DNA from: Macrostomum lignano
Lineage: Eukaryota
Assembly (NCBI GenBank): GCA_002269645.1
Contig: NIVC01001601.1
Span: 310,001-374,000 of the forward strand
Direction of reading: 5' to 3'
DNA length: 64,000 nucleotides
The notes under the pieces were generated by a model. That model was not told the DNA's origin. It was given only the letters and a program-made list of their open reading frames with translations, and ran no database searches. The stretch's first letter is position 1, and every line of letters begins with the position of its first letter. The position numbers and the translations under genes are program-made. Shown here piece after piece: positions 60,415-64,000 of the stretch.

Positions 60415-63400
60415 ATGTCGGAAGACATTCAAAAGTCTCTGCTCAAAATGATGAAGCATGGTGAGAGGAGGCTGGAAAAAAGCGATATAGGATCGGAAAA
60501 AGACAAAGTAGAGCGAAACTTGTTCTTCGCCTCGGTCGCATCAGGCAACAATCGTTCCGTGCACTCGTTTTTGCTGAAAGGCATCGACCCGAACGCCACA
60601 AACGAGGAGGGTCGCTCCGGCCTGCACATTGCCGCACTGTCGAGCCACCAGGACGTGTTCGGCACGCTGCTCACCAGGGGAGCGAATTCCGATCAGGCCG
60701 ATAAGAGTGGCATCACGCCGCTGATGTGCGCCGCTCAGTCGGGCAGCGTTGTCATCGTAGACCAGCTCCTTGGTCGCGGCGCGGACGTGACGAAGAAAAC
60801 AAACGACGGCTTGTCGGCCGTATTCTACGCTCTGTTCAACGGGAACACAAAGATTGCTAAGAAGCTGGAGAAGCAACAGTCGTGCATTCATCAGCTAGCG
60901 GAGAAGCCGACCGCTAGTATTCTTGAAAAGGCGGTCACAAAGAACTGGATCAAGGTGGTACGATTCATGCACGAAAGAAAGTGCGATGTGTCCTACCGAG
61001 CAAAGCTCGTCCTCGCCTCCCAAGCTGGCCTGTGCGGTCACACGGAGATGTTGCAGTACTTTCCAGTAAAGTTTGATGACAAAGTTGATGAAGATGGCCG
61101 CAGCCCTCTTCGCTGCGCAGTGCAGAACGGTTTTTATGATGCTGTGAAATACATGCTGGACGAAGGCTGCGATGTGAATAACAATGAAGAATGCGTTAAA
61201 ATTGCCATCTTGACAGGGCACTTGGATATACTAAAACTCTTAAGAGAGAAAGGCGCTCCGCTTTACGAAAAAGACGAACAAGGCGTCACCCCCATTCAGC
61301 TAGCTCTTGCCCAAGGAACATTGGATATGCTGAAGTACCTCCTGGACCAGGGCTGCTCCCTGGAAGCCCATGAGAAAATGGGAAACTTACCTATAATGGC
61401 AGTATCAATGCGACAGACGGAGCTACCAGAAGTCTTGAAATTTCTTTCTGAGAAAGGCTTGAAAATCGATGAGCAGGATCCTAATACTGGCGAAACAGCA
61501 CTTTTAGCAATTTCTCAGAAGGGACCGATTCAAGCCATCGAGTTTCTCATCGATCAGGGTTGCAATTTGAGCGTTAAGAATCAGCGCGATGTGACACCAG
61601 CGTTAAGAGCCGCTCATAACAAGCAAGAAGACATACTGATGCTGCTGGGAGAGCGAGGCGCAGAACTCGACATACCGAATCGTAACGGCGAGACCGCCAT
61701 TTTGTGCGCAGCTCGCAACAAGTCGCTTTCAATGGTTCGTTTTTTGGCAGAAAAAGGTTGCAAGCTGGATACGAGGGACATCCTCGGCATAGCATCGCCT
61801 ACTACGCCGTGAAGGAAAATAATGTGGCACTACTGAACTTTCTTCAGCAAAGAAGGGTTTCTTTTGACGACCCCGACAACAAAGGGATGACGCCGCTTAT
61901 AATTGCCGTTAAATGCGGAGCAATCGACGCGATCAAGCTTCTGACAACCCGACCCAATCTGTGCACGATCGACTACAAAGACAGAGCCGGTAGAACTGCT
62001 TTGCAACACGCTGTCCAAACAGGTAAGCTGGAAATCATCAAATATTTGAAAGAGAAAAATGCCAACGTAAGCACTGTAGACTGTGCTGGAAACACGTTAC
62101 TTCTAGAAGCACTAAAGCAGAAAAGATCTTATGCCGTTTTGGAATATCTAACTGAAACTCTTGAGTGCGACATTCAGGCAACAAATAATGAAATCAAAAC
62201 AGCCATGCACTATGCCTGCATGGATAAGACAAACGACGCCCTGATGCATCTACTTGAAGCTGAGTCGCCCTTCGATACTCAAGACCACGACGGAATGACG
62301 CCTTTCATGATCAGTTCTGCTCAAGGCAGCGAATCGCTTGTCACCGTGCTCAAGTCCGTTGGTGCCGACGTCAACAGACGGAATCATGCCGGCGAAAATG
62401 CGGTTCACTTGGCGGTAAAGAGCGGCAATCTCAAGGTTGTCCAGTGCTTCTCCCTGTTTGGTTGCGTGATGGACCAGGAAGACAACTGCGGCATCACACC
62501 GCTGATGATCGCCTGCTCAAAAAACGAGCTGGGCATGGTCAGGTTTCTCGTCAAGAAAAATCGAGCGGATGTCAATGCCATCGCTCACAATGGACGAACA
62601 CCAGCGCACTTTGCGTGCCAGTCTGGTTCCTTGGAGCTTTTGAAGCTTTTGCACAGCCAGGGTGCAGAGTTGGACAATGCAGATAACAACGGCGTTACGC
62701 CCATCTTCCTCGCAGCCGCAAACCAAAATGAAGCGTTCTTGGTGTACCTTAGCAACTCGGGATGCCAGCTAGCCGCTGCGGACATGTCCTTGAAGACTGT
62801 TCTTCACTACGCTGTTGAGGGAAAGAACGAGGCCGCTGTCCGATCTCTGCTCGAAAGGGATGGCATCGATCCTAATGCACTTGATGACTCAGGGACTTCG
62901 CCCGTGATGCTGAGCGTCCAGCTCGGCAGCGACTCCATCCTGGAGGCGCTTCGGAAGAAAGGCGGTAGAATCGATGAAACATTCGACCAGGAATGGCGCA
63001 GCATTGCCCACATGGCCTGCGCAACTGGAAACCTGAGGCTACTTCACGAGACAAAAGGCCAGGTGTCACTCAGTAGCCGAACAAAGTCAAGTGAAAACTG
63101 CTTAACTATTGCGTGCGCGAACGGACACGAAGAGATCGTGAACTTTCTAATTCAGAGTAAGGTTCACATAAGCTACAAGAATTCTCAAGGTGATAACGCA
63201 CTGATTGTTGCTGTGAAGAGTTCAAATTTAAAGCTGGTTCCTGTGCTGCTGAAAGCTGGAGCAAAAGCACAGGACACTAATAAAGAGGGAAACAACGCTG
63301 CGCACGTGCTCTGCAGCAAGCCTTGCACATCTAAGTTGGACAAAGTTAAAAGACTAAAGATGGAGACCGACGAGCATTTGGATGACTTAAAAAGATCTAT

Positions 63401-64000
63401 TGAAAAGGGACTTCGCGGACAAGACGCGCTGAAGCCGAAATTTCTTGAGGTCGTGTCCAGGACAAAGGAACTGCCCGATCACCTTGTGAAGAGCAAACTG
63501 CCTCCGGGCTGCGTGTCAAAAAAACTCGCGATTAAATGTCTCTCCAAGTTTTTCGAATCTGGGACGGACGTGAACGCGCAGAATAATGAAGGCAAAGGAG
63601 CTCTGCATTTCGCGGCCGAGGTTGGAAGCAAGGAGATGATTCGCTTCCTTCTATCAAAAGGGGCGCTTATTGATCTCAAAGACAAACATGGTGAAACGCC
63701 AGTTTTTGGTGCCATCAGACGGGGCAAAGAGAAAGTGGCCGAGCTGCTGCTCGACCGGGGAGCGAGTGCCTCTAGTACGAATAACAATGGACTGTCGGTG
63801 TTCTCGCTGGCTGTCGCGGTCAACAGTGTCAAAGTGGTTGAACTTCTTCGGCAAACGGAGGCCTCACTAAGCATCGATCATGTAGTTGACGAGCTGAAGC
63901 TAGAAGACATATTCAAGTTTCAAAACGTTAAGCACTTGGAATTCCTTCTCAGCAGAGATTTCGATGGAAAGAAGAGAGAAAACGGTATGACCATTCTTCA
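60415..64000 (+). CDS. Large intronless ankyrin-repeat protein (more than 1,190 codons, incomplete at window end) with one apparent 1-bp frameshift near 61787
   Basis: 60415-61812 encodes ankyrin repeats (GRSGLHIAA, GITPLMCAA, GRSPLRCAV, GETALLAI). A second frame from 61788 is open to 64000 by my hand translation and continues them (HSIAYYAVKENN, GMTPLIIAV, GRTALQHAV, GENAVHLAV, GRTPAHFAC, GKGALHFAA). No intron seen. Confidence 0.88.

Noticed and set aside
61745-61812. Programmed -1 ribosomal frameshift in the ankyrin gene
   Set aside because: No X_XXY_YYZ heptamer (only five A in GAAAAAG), and the ankyrin consensus places the break at a missing base in a Gly codon. Retained as an indel finding.

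Overview
Eukaryotic, spliceosomal-intron-rich animal DNA, not prokaryotic. The style (GATA/GACA microsatellites, most long introns filled by their own minisatellite) resembles free-living flatworm genomes such as Macrostomum; that assignment is an inference. I assembled the gene models by hand from GT-AG sites and reading-frame phase. In order: 3' part of an RBM24/RBM38-like RRM gene (+); two tandem vesicular glutamate transporter paralogs (-) with matching exon sizes; intronless NDUFB5 (+); DRG2 (+); a GT31 galactosyltransferase-like gene with degenerate catalytic motifs (-); ACP5-like purple acid phosphatase (+); PYURF/PreY (+), whose conserved exon has no ATG; a 15-exon CNG channel beta subunit (+); and a large intronless ankyrin-repeat gene (+) with one frameshift that runs off the window end. 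About 35-40% of the window (hand estimate) is tandem repeat in roughly 36 arrays. There are also two LINE 3' fragments of one family, two tRNA-derived SINEs sharing a covarying hairpin, and a palindromic MITE-like element. Best leads: PYURF may take its start codon from a trans-spliced leader; VGLUT-A carries the endophilin-type PPRPPPP motif while VGLUT-B has altered transport residues; the galactosyltransferase may be a pseudoenzyme; and two inverted intronic minisatellites flank VGLUT-A exons 3-7.
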